The position numbers were made by a program, and so were the translations under genes. 64,000 nt of DNA from Candidatus Micrarchaeota archaeon (GTDB lineage Archaea > Micrarchaeota > Micrarchaeia > Anstonellales > Bilamarchaeaceae). Below are positions 1 to 8,877 of this stretch, in pieces. The stretch spans positions 672,001 through 736,000 of the forward strand of contig JBDRCX010000006.1 in assembly GCA_043821365.1 (NCBI GenBank), given 5' to 3'. The notes beneath the pieces were generated by a model. The model made no database searches. It saw nothing but the letters and a program-made list of their open reading frames with translations, and was not told where the DNA came from. Every line of letters starts with the position of its first letter. The first letter of the stretch is position 1.

Positions 1-774
1 TCTGTAGATTTATCTGAAATAACTTCAGCATTTGAAGGATCAGTTACTTTGAAAGCAGATGCAGAAGCAGAATGTTATCGGATAAGCGGTATGGATAGAA
101 ATCCATGTGTTGACCGTGATAGTTGTCTTTATGCCTGTTTCTCAGTTCCAGTGTGTTCCAATATAGGTCAAGTTGGCTGGGATTTTATGGACACACTATT
201 AGACTTTAATCAAACAGTATCAACTACCAATTTAAAGCTAGATCAAATGATAGTATCAAGTGCTGATTTTGAAAACTCTCCAACATATGAAAAAGCAGAA
301 GCATTATTGGAAGAGATGATTGACCTTAACAGGCAAGAAACTGAGGTCATCTATCATCCACTTTACATATCATATGGTTTTTGTCCTCCTGCAGAATATG
401 GGATTCCCCAACAATTAGGTGCAAGAAGAATATTACTAGATTATTTAGAAGAAAATTGTATTTATGGTAAGGAAAACTTTATTGTAGAAGAAAGTTTACA
501 CACTGCTGAAGTTTTAGCACCTCCAAAGCCAAAACCACCAGTCAATGTTAATCAAACAATTAATACGTCAACAAATACCTCCATTCCAAATGTAACGATT
601 ACTAATAATACTATTCAGAACACCTCTCAGAATACAACTGAATGCTGCATTGGCAGTATTTGTTCAATCGGGGGGGTAAAAACAATTGCAGGAATCTGTT
701 GGCAGTGGGCAACAATAGGAGTTGTTCTAATTTTGGCAATCGTCTTCTATATAACAAAACCAAAAAGAAGATAA
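1..774 (+). CDS. 5'-truncated membrane-anchored hypothetical protein
   Basis: Frame 1 is open from base 1. Asn/Thr-rich linker, C-terminal hydrophobic helix, then KPKRR. Confidence 0.7.
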   Translation, partial: SVDLSEITSAFEGSVTLKADAEAECYRISGMDRNPCVDRDSCLYACFSVPVCSNIGQVGWDFMDTLLDFNQTVSTTNLKLDQMIVSSADFENSPTYEKAEALLEEMIDLNRQETEVIYHPLYISYGFCPPAEYGIPQQLGARRILLDYLEENCIYGKENFIVEESLHTAEVLAPPKPKPPVNVNQTINTSTNTSIPNVTITNNTIQNTSQNTTECCIGSICSIGGVKTIAGICWQWATIGVVLILAIVFYITKPKRR

Positions 775-777
775 ATT

Positions 778-1617
778 GTGATTAGTGTGGAATTCGATGA
801 AGACTTAGCAGCTATTCATGCTTATTTGTGTGCAGACGGTTATGTTATAAAAAACCCACCCTCCCAGAAACACAAGTATTACCACATTGGTCTTAGAAAT
901 ACTAATTATGTTTTGTTGGAGGATTTTCAAAAAAGATTTTATCGATACTTTGGCATAACTCCCATCATAAAATTTGGGAGAGCGAAGATACAGAATAAAT
1001 TGATATATGAAAAACTGACTGAACGTTATACTTATTATTCTGATAAATGGAATATGCCAAAATTAAATAAGAAATATCTAAGTTATTGGCTCAGGGCATA
1101 TTTTGATTGTGATGGTTGGGTCTACGTTCTTAAGGCTAAGAATAGAAAAATAAGTTTAGATTCGATCAATCACACTGGTCTTTTAGAGATACAAAATTCA
1201 CTCTTCAAAACTTTTCTCATTAAATCTATCATTAAAAAGAGGAAAAATAGACATATTTGGTCATTGTCAATATTCGGTAAAGATAATATTGAGAGATTTG
1301 CTAAAAACATTGGATTTTTGCACCCAAAAAAGAAGAAAAAACTAAATGAAGCCATTCTCTCCTATGTGGATTATAATTGGTTAATCCCAGAAAACAAACC
1401 AGCATTGATCAAGTTTATAAAAACCAGAGGGAGATTGTCTAAAAAAAGAGGGCAGGTTAGATTTAATTCTATTTTAAAAACTAATTTGTCTCGATTTAAA
1501 TCAATTCTTAATAAATTCGGTACCAAATCAATTATATCTAAAAAGTTCTTTAATGGTAATAAAAACGGATACTATACATTATCAATCAAGTTGAATGATA
1601 TAGATAAATGGAGGTAA
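778..1617 (+). CDS. Free-standing LAGLIDADG-family homing endonuclease (intein/WhiA-N-like)
   Basis: Two LAGLIDADG-like motifs, AAIHAYLCADGYV and WLRAYFDCDGWV; very basic; no intein Cys/His-Asn termini. Confidence 0.8.
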   Translation: MISVEFDEDLAAIHAYLCADGYVIKNPPSQKHKYYHIGLRNTNYVLLEDFQKRFYRYFGITPIIKFGRAKIQNKLIYEKLTERYTYYSDKWNMPKLNKKYLSYWLRAYFDCDGWVYVLKAKNRKISLDSINHTGLLEIQNSLFKTFLIKSIIKKRKNRHIWSLSIFGKDNIERFAKNIGFLHPKKKKKLNEAILSYVDYNWLIPENKPALIKFIKTRGRLSKKRGQVRFNSILKTNLSRFKSILNKFGTKSIISKKFFNGNKNGYYTLSIKLNDIDKWR

Positions 1618-1621
1618 CTGA

Positions 1622-4547
1622 ATGGGATTTGGAAAAAATATCAAAAAACCCAATTTCAAAAAAATAAGCGATTACATCTGGGAAATTGGAACCGATTATA
1701 AAGAAGGAATGAAAGTTCCAGCCAGGATATATGCTAGTAAAAATATCCTTGATCAGATGGACATGAACGTCTATGATCAGGTTACAAATGTTGCAACTTT
1801 ACCAGGTATTGTGAACTACGCCTATTGCATGCCCGACGGCCACATTTCTTTTGATTAAAAAGAAAGGCAAATCCGGGTATGGATTTCCAATAGGTGGAGT
1901 TGCTGCCATGGACATTAATGAAAATGGAGTAATTTCACCAGGTGGTATTGGATTCGACATTAATTGTGTCCATCCAGATACTAAAATACTTGCAGAATAT
2001 GGCTATTATAAAAAAATAAAGGATTTTCAAGATGATTTCTCTGAGGAAAGATTATCCTGTATGGATTTGGCAGATAATAAAAAGAAATCTGCAAATCCCA
2101 TACTAACTCTATGCAAAAAAGCAGATTCGCCAGTATTATCTATAAGAACAAAAACTGGTCAAGAAATACTAGTTTCTGCAGATCATCCCTTACTTTCGGA
2201 TAATGGTTTTAAGGAGGCCGGAGATCTAAAAGAAGGTGATAGTTTGCTTATCCATCCCTTTGTTGGTATTGAATATGAGGTTCCAAAAGATTATACAATA
2301 CTAGATGAAAAAGATGTAATCAATCTGGTCGGTAATAGAAAAAAATTAATTGCCAAACTAAAAGCAGAAGGTCTACTACCGCTAAAATCAAATTCAAAAA
2401 ATCTTCCAATTCTTGCAAAATTAGTTGGTTTTATAACTGGAGATGGGTGGGTAGGTTCTTATTATTCTAAAAAAAGAGCAATGGATATCTGGTCAACCAG
2501 AATAATCGGCAAACAGGAGGATTTGGAAAAAATACGGGAGGATCTTTTACAATTGGGGTACGAAACCAATTTTATCCGAACAAACAAATACTCCAGCAAA
2601 GTGAATCTCGAAGATGGAACTGATCGGGCAATAACAGGCGAATCAACACAATTGTATCTTAATTCTCAATCATTAAGTGTACTTCTTCATTTACTCGGAG
2701 TGCCTAAAGGTAATAAATCTAGAACTAAAACATCAATACCAAAATGGGTTAAACATGCACCATTATGGATAAAACGTTTATATCTGGCAGGATTATTTGG
2801 TGCCGAACTTAGTAAACCAGCTCAAAGAAAAAATGAAGAATTCAGCTTCATAGAGCCTAACTTTAGCCAAAATAAGATTGATAGTTTAAAACAGGACAAT
2901 CTTAATTTTATGTTAGATCTAACCAATCTGCTTCTGGATTTTGGGGTGAGAGTGAATAAGATATATGAACAGAAAGGAGTTGTGAATGTTAGGGGTGAGA
3001 GGACCCATAAGCTTGCATTAAGAATTTCTGCCAAACCTGAAAATCTTATTCGATTGTGGGGTACCATAGGTTATGAATATTGCCACGAAAGAACTGTGTG
3101 TTCAATGCTTGCTATTTCTTATTTGAACTATAAGGTTGCTGTTTTAGAAAAAACGGATGTAGAAAATGAGCAATCATCGGGAGCACAAAAAACAATTTCC
3201 CGAATTCGGATTGGTTCGTCATTTCCAACTTTCAAAGAATTTATCGAACAACATATTGTAAAAAATTCCGTATTCATAAAAGATGAAATATCAGACATCA
3301 AATTTTCAAATTATGGTGGATATGTTTACGACTTTACTATGAATGACAAAAACCATAATTTTATTGCAAATAATATCGTGTCTCATAATTGTGGAATGCG
3401 TATCATCCGTACAAACTTAACCTACAAGGATGTCCAGCCAAAATTAAGAGAACTAATTGATAAATTATTCAGAAGTGTACCAGCCGGAGTTGGAAGCAAA
3501 GGGTTTGTGAAATTAGATGCATCAACATTCAGAAAAGTAATTGAAGAAGGATCAGAATGGTGTATAGACCAAGGATATGGTTGGAAAGAAGATTTGGAAG
3601 TAACTGAATTAGGCGGTAGAGAAAAAGATGCAGATAATAGAACTGTAAGCGATAAAGCAGTTCAAAGGGGAAAAGACCAAATCGGTACATTGGGAAGCGG
3701 AAATCATTATCTAGAAATCCAAAGAGTTCTAGAAGAAAACATTATCGACAAGCAATTAGCTAAAAAGTGGGGTATTTTCCCAGATCAGATAGTTGTTATG
3801 TTCCACTGTGGAAGCAGAGGATTTGGTCATCAAGTTGCAACAGATTATCTTAATCTATTCCTAGATGTGATGAATTCAAAATATAAAATAAAAATATTAG
3901 ATAGAGAACTTGCATGTGCACCATTTAATTCTCCAGAAGGTCAGAATTATTTCTCTGGAATGAAATGTGCTATGAATATGAGTTTTGCCAACAGACAAAC
4001 AATTCTACATCAAGTAAGAAAGGTTTTTTCAGATGTATTTGCAACTGATGCTGAAAAACTTGGTTTGCATCAAATATACGACGTTTCACATAATCGCGCG
4101 TCAATTGAAAAACATGATGTTGACGGAACTATGAAAGAATTAATTGTACACAGAAAAGGTGCAACTGCGGCTTTTGGACCAAATAGGCCAGAAGTAACAG
4201 CAAAATACAGAGAGGATGGTCAGCCAGTTATTATTGGCGGTAGTATGGAAACTGGTTCATATTTGCTTGTTGGTGCAGAAACAGGTGCACAAACATGGTT
4301 TACAACTGCTCATGGCTCAGGAAGAACAATGAGCAGAACAGAAGCAAAAAGAAGGTATAGGGGAGACCAATTGCAAAAAGACATGGAACAACATGGTATT
4401 CTAGTGAAAACAAATTCACTGGCAGGACTTGCTGAAGAAGCAGGAGCTGCATACAAAGATATAGATGAAGTTATTGAATCTGCTCATTCTGCAGGTATCT
4501 CTAAAAAAGTTGTTAAGTTAATTCCAATAGCTAACGTGAAGGGCTAA
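1622..4547 (+). CDS. rtcB: RNA-splicing ligase RtcB; proposed join(1622-1843,1872-4547), 965-aa precursor, 490 aa after intein removal
   Basis: 78-aa ORF ends in MPDGH; next frame continues SGYGFPIGGVAA...GFDINC. After the intein: GSGNHYLE, FHCGSRG, VSHN, HRKGAT, AHGSGR, EEAGAAYKD, all RtcB catalytic motifs. Confidence 0.92.
1844..1871 (+). other. Candidate 28-nt BHB-type intron in rtcB mRNA
   Basis: Removal gives in-frame CAC|TCC (His-Ser). Intron stem 1845-1852/1858-1865, central helix GGCC/GGCA, bulges AC|A and AA|U, exon stem 1829-1835/1874-1880. Confidence 0.75.
1965..3389 (+). mobile_element. Intein (475 aa) with LAGLIDADG domain in RtcB
   Basis: Begins CVHPDTKI after GFDIN; block B ILVSADHPLL; LAGLIDADG-like LVGFITGDG and LAGLFGAE; ends VYDFTM...NFIANNIVSHN followed by Cys+1. 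Confidence 0.95.
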
Positions 4548-5475
4548 CTTCATGTTCCTGAGGATTTGGTCCCCCAGTGAACATTCCTAATTTTTTAATT
4601 AAATATTCTTTGCATACCAAATTGAATTCAGAATATGCAAAGGTTGATTTCATAATTGATGAATTTGATGGGCGGATGTTTTCAGAATTATAACTGCATC
4701 CTTTGAAATAACCAATTTCAAGATCACCTTCACCCTGCCCAACAAGATGGCCCCACCACTGTTCAGCAGTTGATTGGTTTGGTGCACAATTTGGATAGCC
4801 AGAAGCATTCTTTCCACCAGTATAGAAATACTCATCTTTCAAATCACCAAAACTATGGCCAAATTCATGAACAAGCATAGTTATGGAAAAAGGATCGAAT
4901 TTACCTTCTGAAGAGTATGAATGGGATAGGTATGCTTTGTTTGATCCCCATGAACCATAGGATTGGCAGTTGGCATTGCAAAGATAAATTGGGTATGTAT
5001 TGGGCAAATTACATGTTTTTTCAACATCACTTATGCAATAATAACTACAGTAATTATTTCCACTTATTTGGCTAGGTTCAGTAAGTAGTTGTGACGATGG
5101 AATATACCAAAAATTAAATCTATCTTTGTATAATGAAAATGGATCTATACCTAATAATCCATTGAAGATCATTGTTTTTGTTTCTTCAATAAGTTCAAAT
5201 CCTTCTTCAGTACGCAACCTATGTTTTTTTTCTATTGTAGTTGTGAGTCCAGTGCCATTAAAATCTACATAATATGGAAGTATGGTTACCATATCTTCTT
5301 GTGACATGTTGAATGCAACAAAAACAACATTGATTCTGTCGAGATCTGGATTATTGTGCCCAGGTATTATCTCAAGGCAAGTTTGGTCTTGGGCTATTAT
5401 CGTATTTTGTGTTAATAAAAATACAATTGCAATAACTACAACAATGATAGGTGGAACTAAATAAACTAATCTCAT
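4531..5475 (-). CDS. Secreted/membrane-anchored zinc metallopeptidase (M64-like)
   Basis: N-terminal TM; VHEFGHSFGDLKDEY (HExxH) motif; RFNFWY and RPSNSSIM segments resemble M64. Confidence 0.65.
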   Translation of the reverse strand: MRLVYLVPPIIVVVIAIVFLLTQNTIIAQDQTCLEIIPGHNNPDLDRINVVFVAFNMSQEDMVTILPYYVDFNGTGLTTTIEKKHRLRTEEGFELIEETKTMIFNGLLGIDPFSLYKDRFNFWYIPSSQLLTEPSQISGNNYCSYYCISDVEKTCNLPNTYPIYLCNANCQSYGSWGSNKAYLSHSYSSEGKFDPFSITMLVHEFGHSFGDLKDEYFYTGGKNASGYPNCAPNQSTAEQWWGHLVGQGEGDLEIGYFKGCSYNSENIRPSNSSIMKSTFAYSEFNLVCKEYLIKKLGMFTGGPNPQEHEVSPSR

Positions 5476-5525
5476 GATTTATTATCAAGAATTAGATTAA
5501 ATACATTTTTGGTGAATTAGGATTC

Positions 5526-6398
5526 ATGAAAACTCCAGTAACAATAGTAACGGGATATCTTGGTTCTGGCAAAACCACTCTTCTTCGCAAAATTATTGGT
5601 GAAACAAAGAAAAAAATCGCCATTTTAATGAATGAATTTGGTAATATTGCTATCGACGGAAAAATAATCGAAGGAAAAAACATCAAAATCACAGAATTAG
5701 CAGGTGGTTGTGTCTGCTGTTCATTGGCAGGAGAACTAGAAGAGGCTATGAAAGAAATAATCAAAACAGTGAATCCAGATTGGATGATTGTTGAAACAAC
5801 TGGAGTAGCAGAACCTTCTGCTTTGGCATATGATGTAATGAAGAATATCGAAGGGGTTAGGTTGGATGCTATTGTTACGGTGGTTGATGCTGATGCTTTG
5901 GTTAAATTCACAAACCTAGGGCACACAGGTACCGAACAAATAGAACTTGCAGATGTTCTAATTGTCAACAAATCAGATCTAGTAACAAGAGAACAATTGG
6001 TTGGAATCAAACAAAAACTAACAACAATGAATTATAGGGCAATTCAGGTTGAAACCAGATATTGCCAGGTTGATCTTGATTTTATCTTTGGTGTTGAAAG
6101 AGAAGAAATACCAACATATACTCATGGGCATAGGCCAGAATTTCAATATTTTGATTTTGTTTCTGATAAAACATTCAATTATGAAAAACTAGAGAAGTTT
6201 TTTGAAGAACTTCCCAAAGAAATCTACAGAAGTAAAGGCTTTCTACTTACTGATAAAGGAACTTTTTTAGTAAATCATGTCGCCGGAAGAGTTGTTTTTG
6301 ATAGTTTTAAAACAGAAAAAAACGAATTGGTTTTCATCGGGAATAATATTAAACAACATGAAAAAGCAGTAAAACAAAAATTAGAACAATGTATTTAA
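5526..6398 (+). CDS. CobW/COG0523 (G3E) metallochaperone GTPase
   Basis: TGYLGSGKTT, NEFG, GGCVCCS, VETTG, VNKSD motifs; CobW C-terminal domain. Confidence 0.9.
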   Translation: MKTPVTIVTGYLGSGKTTLLRKIIGETKKKIAILMNEFGNIAIDGKIIEGKNIKITELAGGCVCCSLAGELEEAMKEIIKTVNPDWMIVETTGVAEPSALAYDVMKNIEGVRLDAIVTVVDADALVKFTNLGHTGTEQIELADVLIVNKSDLVTREQLVGIKQKLTTMNYRAIQVETRYCQVDLDFIFGVEREEIPTYTHGHRPEFQYFDFVSDKTFNYEKLEKFFEELPKEIYRSKGFLLTDKGTFLVNHVAGRVVFDSFKTEKNELVFIGNNIKQHEKAVKQKLEQCI

Positions 6399-6634
6399 TT
6401 AGTTCCTAAAAAGAAATGTTTGGATGAACCAAAGCTTCGATGATCTGTTTGCCAAGCGTATGAGAAGCCGCGGTGACTGGTTGCGCTTTTTGAAAAACAA
6501 CATTGTTGCATGGCAACAATGTGCCAATTGTTCGACTTATCGAACAATAAGGAAGCGCGCAAAAATTGGTTTTGCTAATTTGTCCAAATACAAAATAAAC
6601 AGGGTTTGAGGGACATCCCCTTGAGTGAACAAAT

Positions 6635-7066
6635 ATGCCTTACAAATTTATAGATGGAGTAACAATGGCTGATATTGCATTCGAAGCAACTGGGAAAAGT
6701 TTAGAAGAATTACTGGAAAGTTCGGGTCAGGCGTTAATGAATACCCAAGTGTCTGATTTGAAAAAAATAAAACCAAAAATAGAAAAAAAAATCGAGATGA
6801 AAAGCCAGAATGAAGAAAGATTGGTTCATGATTTTCTTCAGGAACTGATTTTTCTTAAAGATGCAGAACTTTTACTTGTAAGTAAGTATAAGATGAAAAT
6901 TTACAGAACAGAAGTTGGAATAATACTGAAAGCTGTTCTGAAAGGAGAACCAATCGACAATACAAGGCATGAAATGTTAGTCGATGTGAAGGCAGTTAGT
7001 TGGCACAAATTCGAAGTAAAAAGAGAAAATAAAATGTGGAAAGCATTTGTAATTTTGGATGTCTAA
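6635..7066 (+). CDS. Archease (RtcB activator)
   Basis: ADIAFEA..G.SLEEL N-terminus; DVKAVSWH and ILDV C-terminus. Confidence 0.9.
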   Translation: MPYKFIDGVTMADIAFEATGKSLEELLESSGQALMNTQVSDLKKIKPKIEKKIEMKSQNEERLVHDFLQELIFLKDAELLLVSKYKMKIYRTEVGIILKAVLKGEPIDNTRHEMLVDVKAVSWHKFEVKRENKMWKAFVILDV

Positions 7067-7079
7067 TTAAAAAGTTTAT

Positions 7080-8393
7080 ATGATAAATAAATTCATGAGA
7101 AAAGTACTTGTTCTTGGAGCAGCGGGTAGGGACTTTCATAACTATAACATCTTCTTTAGAAATAACAAAAATTACCAAGTAATTGGATTCACAGCAACTC
7201 AGATACCCAATATAACTGGAAGAAAATATCCAAAAGAGCTAGCAGGAAAACTATATCCAAAAGGCATTCCAATCTTTGATGAAAAAAATATGGAGGATTT
7301 AATTGAAAAATATGAAATAGATGAAGTTTATTTTTCCTATTCTGATGTTTCCCATGATTATGTGATGCATTTAGCTTCAAGGGCACAAGCAAAGGGAGCC
7401 AGTTTCATCCTGCTTGGTCCAAGGGAGACAATGCTGAAAAGCACAAAAAAAGTAATTGCAGTTACTGCAGTTAGAACTGGATGTGGAAAAAGCCCATTAT
7501 CTCAGAAAATCTGCAAAATCCTAGTAAAAAATAAGAAAAGAGTTGCAGTCATAAGGCATCCAATGCCATATGGCGATCTAACTAAACAAGAAGTCCAGAG
7601 ATTTGCCAGCTTAGAAGACTTAGACAAGCACAAATGTACAATTGAAGAAAGGGAAGAATATGAGCCACATATACTAAACAAAACCATTGTTTATGCTGGG
7701 GTTGATTATGAAAAAATACTAAGAGAAGCAGAGAAAGAAGCAGATATTATCTTGTGGGATGGTGGAAATAACGATCTCTCATTCATAAAACCAGATCTTC
7801 ATTTTGTTCTTGCAGATGCATTAAGACCAGGTCATGAACTATGGTACTACCCTGGAGAATCAAATTTCAGATCTGCCCATGTAATTGTAATAAACAAAGT
7901 AAGTGAAAACCCATCTGATGTTAAAAGAATACTTATAAATGCAAATAAAGCAAATCCAAAAGCAAGAATAATAGAAACAGATATGGAATTGACTCCATCT
8001 GAAGATATGCTAATTTATGGGAAGAAGGTTGTAGTTATAGAGGACGGGCCAACAGTTACCCATGGTGGAATGAAATTCGGGGCAGGATTTGAGTATGCTG
8101 CAAGAAATGGCGCGGAAATATTAGATCCACGTGGATTTGCCGTTGGAAGCCTCAAGGATATTTATAAAAAATTCGATCATTTGGGGAACATTGTTCCTGC
8201 AATGGGGTATTATGGGAAGCAAATAGAAGAACTTACACAAACCATAAACAACAGCAATGCAGATCTTGTTGTTTCAGGTACTCCTGTTGATATCACAAGG
8301 GTTGTTAAGACCAATATTCCAGTTTTGCACATATCTTATAGCATTAGAGAAAGAGAGCCAGCTATAGAAAAAATAATCAAAAGTTTCCTATGA
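7080..8393 (+). CDS. COG2403 GTPase / cyclic 2,3-diphosphoglycerate synthetase-like protein
   Basis: GAAGRDFHN, AVRTGCGKS, RHPMPYG, WDGGNND, EDGPTVTHGGM. Confidence 0.8.
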   Translation: MINKFMRKVLVLGAAGRDFHNYNIFFRNNKNYQVIGFTATQIPNITGRKYPKELAGKLYPKGIPIFDEKNMEDLIEKYEIDEVYFSYSDVSHDYVMHLASRAQAKGASFILLGPRETMLKSTKKVIAVTAVRTGCGKSPLSQKICKILVKNKKRVAVIRHPMPYGDLTKQEVQRFASLEDLDKHKCTIEEREEYEPHILNKTIVYAGVDYEKILREAEKEADIILWDGGNNDLSFIKPDLHFVLADALRPGHELWYYPGESNFRSAHVIVINKVSENPSDVKRILINANKANPKARIIETDMELTPSEDMLIYGKKVVVIEDGPTVTHGGMKFGAGFEYAARNGAEILDPRGFAVGSLKDIYKKFDHLGNIVPAMGYYGKQIEELTQTINNSNADLVVSGTPVDITRVVKTNIPVLHISYSIREREPAIEKIIKSFL

Positions 8394-8876
8394 TCTATTC
8401 TCCCCTTTATACTGTCCTTCATAAAGTTCATCTGTTGCTTCAACAAGCTTTATGAAAACCATCTGGCCAATTTTTGCATTTTTCTTTAGCACAATACCAT
8501 GATTATTATGGACAACTAAAAGAGCCTCACTTCTCCCTTCATATCCTGGATCCCAAACAGCACAATTTAATCCTACTCCACATCTTAAAAGCGAAGAACG
8601 AGGAAAACAAAGTCCAACAACATCCTTTGGAATGCGAACATATTCATTGAAAATAACCTTATATGTCCCTGGTTTTAGCATGATCTTGTCATTTTCATAG
8701 AGAAGTGGTTTAGTTTCACTTATCTTCCTTTCCTTATTGTCAAAATCAATTACTCCAGCAGATTCAAATTGATAAACCTCTTTCAAAGTTATATCAATTC
8801 CAGATGGCTGAAATTGGCTAGAATGTATCCCATCCATTAAATTCGCTTTCTCAAGATGTTGTTTTGGTAAAATCAT
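8388..8876 (-). CDS. dCTP deaminase/dUTPase family protein (start moved to MILPKQ)
   Basis: QPSGIDITL, PRSSLLRCG, VWDPGYEGR, KIGQMVF. Confidence 0.85.
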   Translation of the reverse strand: MILPKQHLEKANLMDGIHSSQFQPSGIDITLKEVYQFESAGVIDFDNKERKISETKPLLYENDKIMLKPGTYKVIFNEYVRIPKDVVGLCFPRSSLLRCGVGLNCAVWDPGYEGRSEALLVVHNNHGIVLKKNAKIGQMVFIKLVEATDELYEGQYKGENRS

Positions 8877-8877
8877 A

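Noticed and set aside
778-1617. LAGLIDADG ORF as an intron- or intein-encoded domain
   Set aside because: It is flanked within 3-4 nt by complete neighbouring genes; no interrupted host gene or intein termini.
1844-1871. Programmed +1 frameshift or simple inactivating insertion in rtcB
   Set aside because: A frameshift would put about nine extra residues into an invariant motif. Pseudogenisation fits poorly with intact catalytic motifs and BHB cut sites matching the repair boundaries. Not fully excluded without RNA data.
1851-4547. 898-aa TTG-start ORF as the complete RtcB
   Set aside because: It lacks the N-terminal 74 aa including the conserved PDGH motif, which lie in the upstream frame; no RBS precedes 1851.
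6421-6480. Box C/D sRNA or BHB intron before archease
   Set aside because: No convincing C/D box pair, and the flanking pairing does not give 3-4-3 geometry; kept only as a structured spacer.
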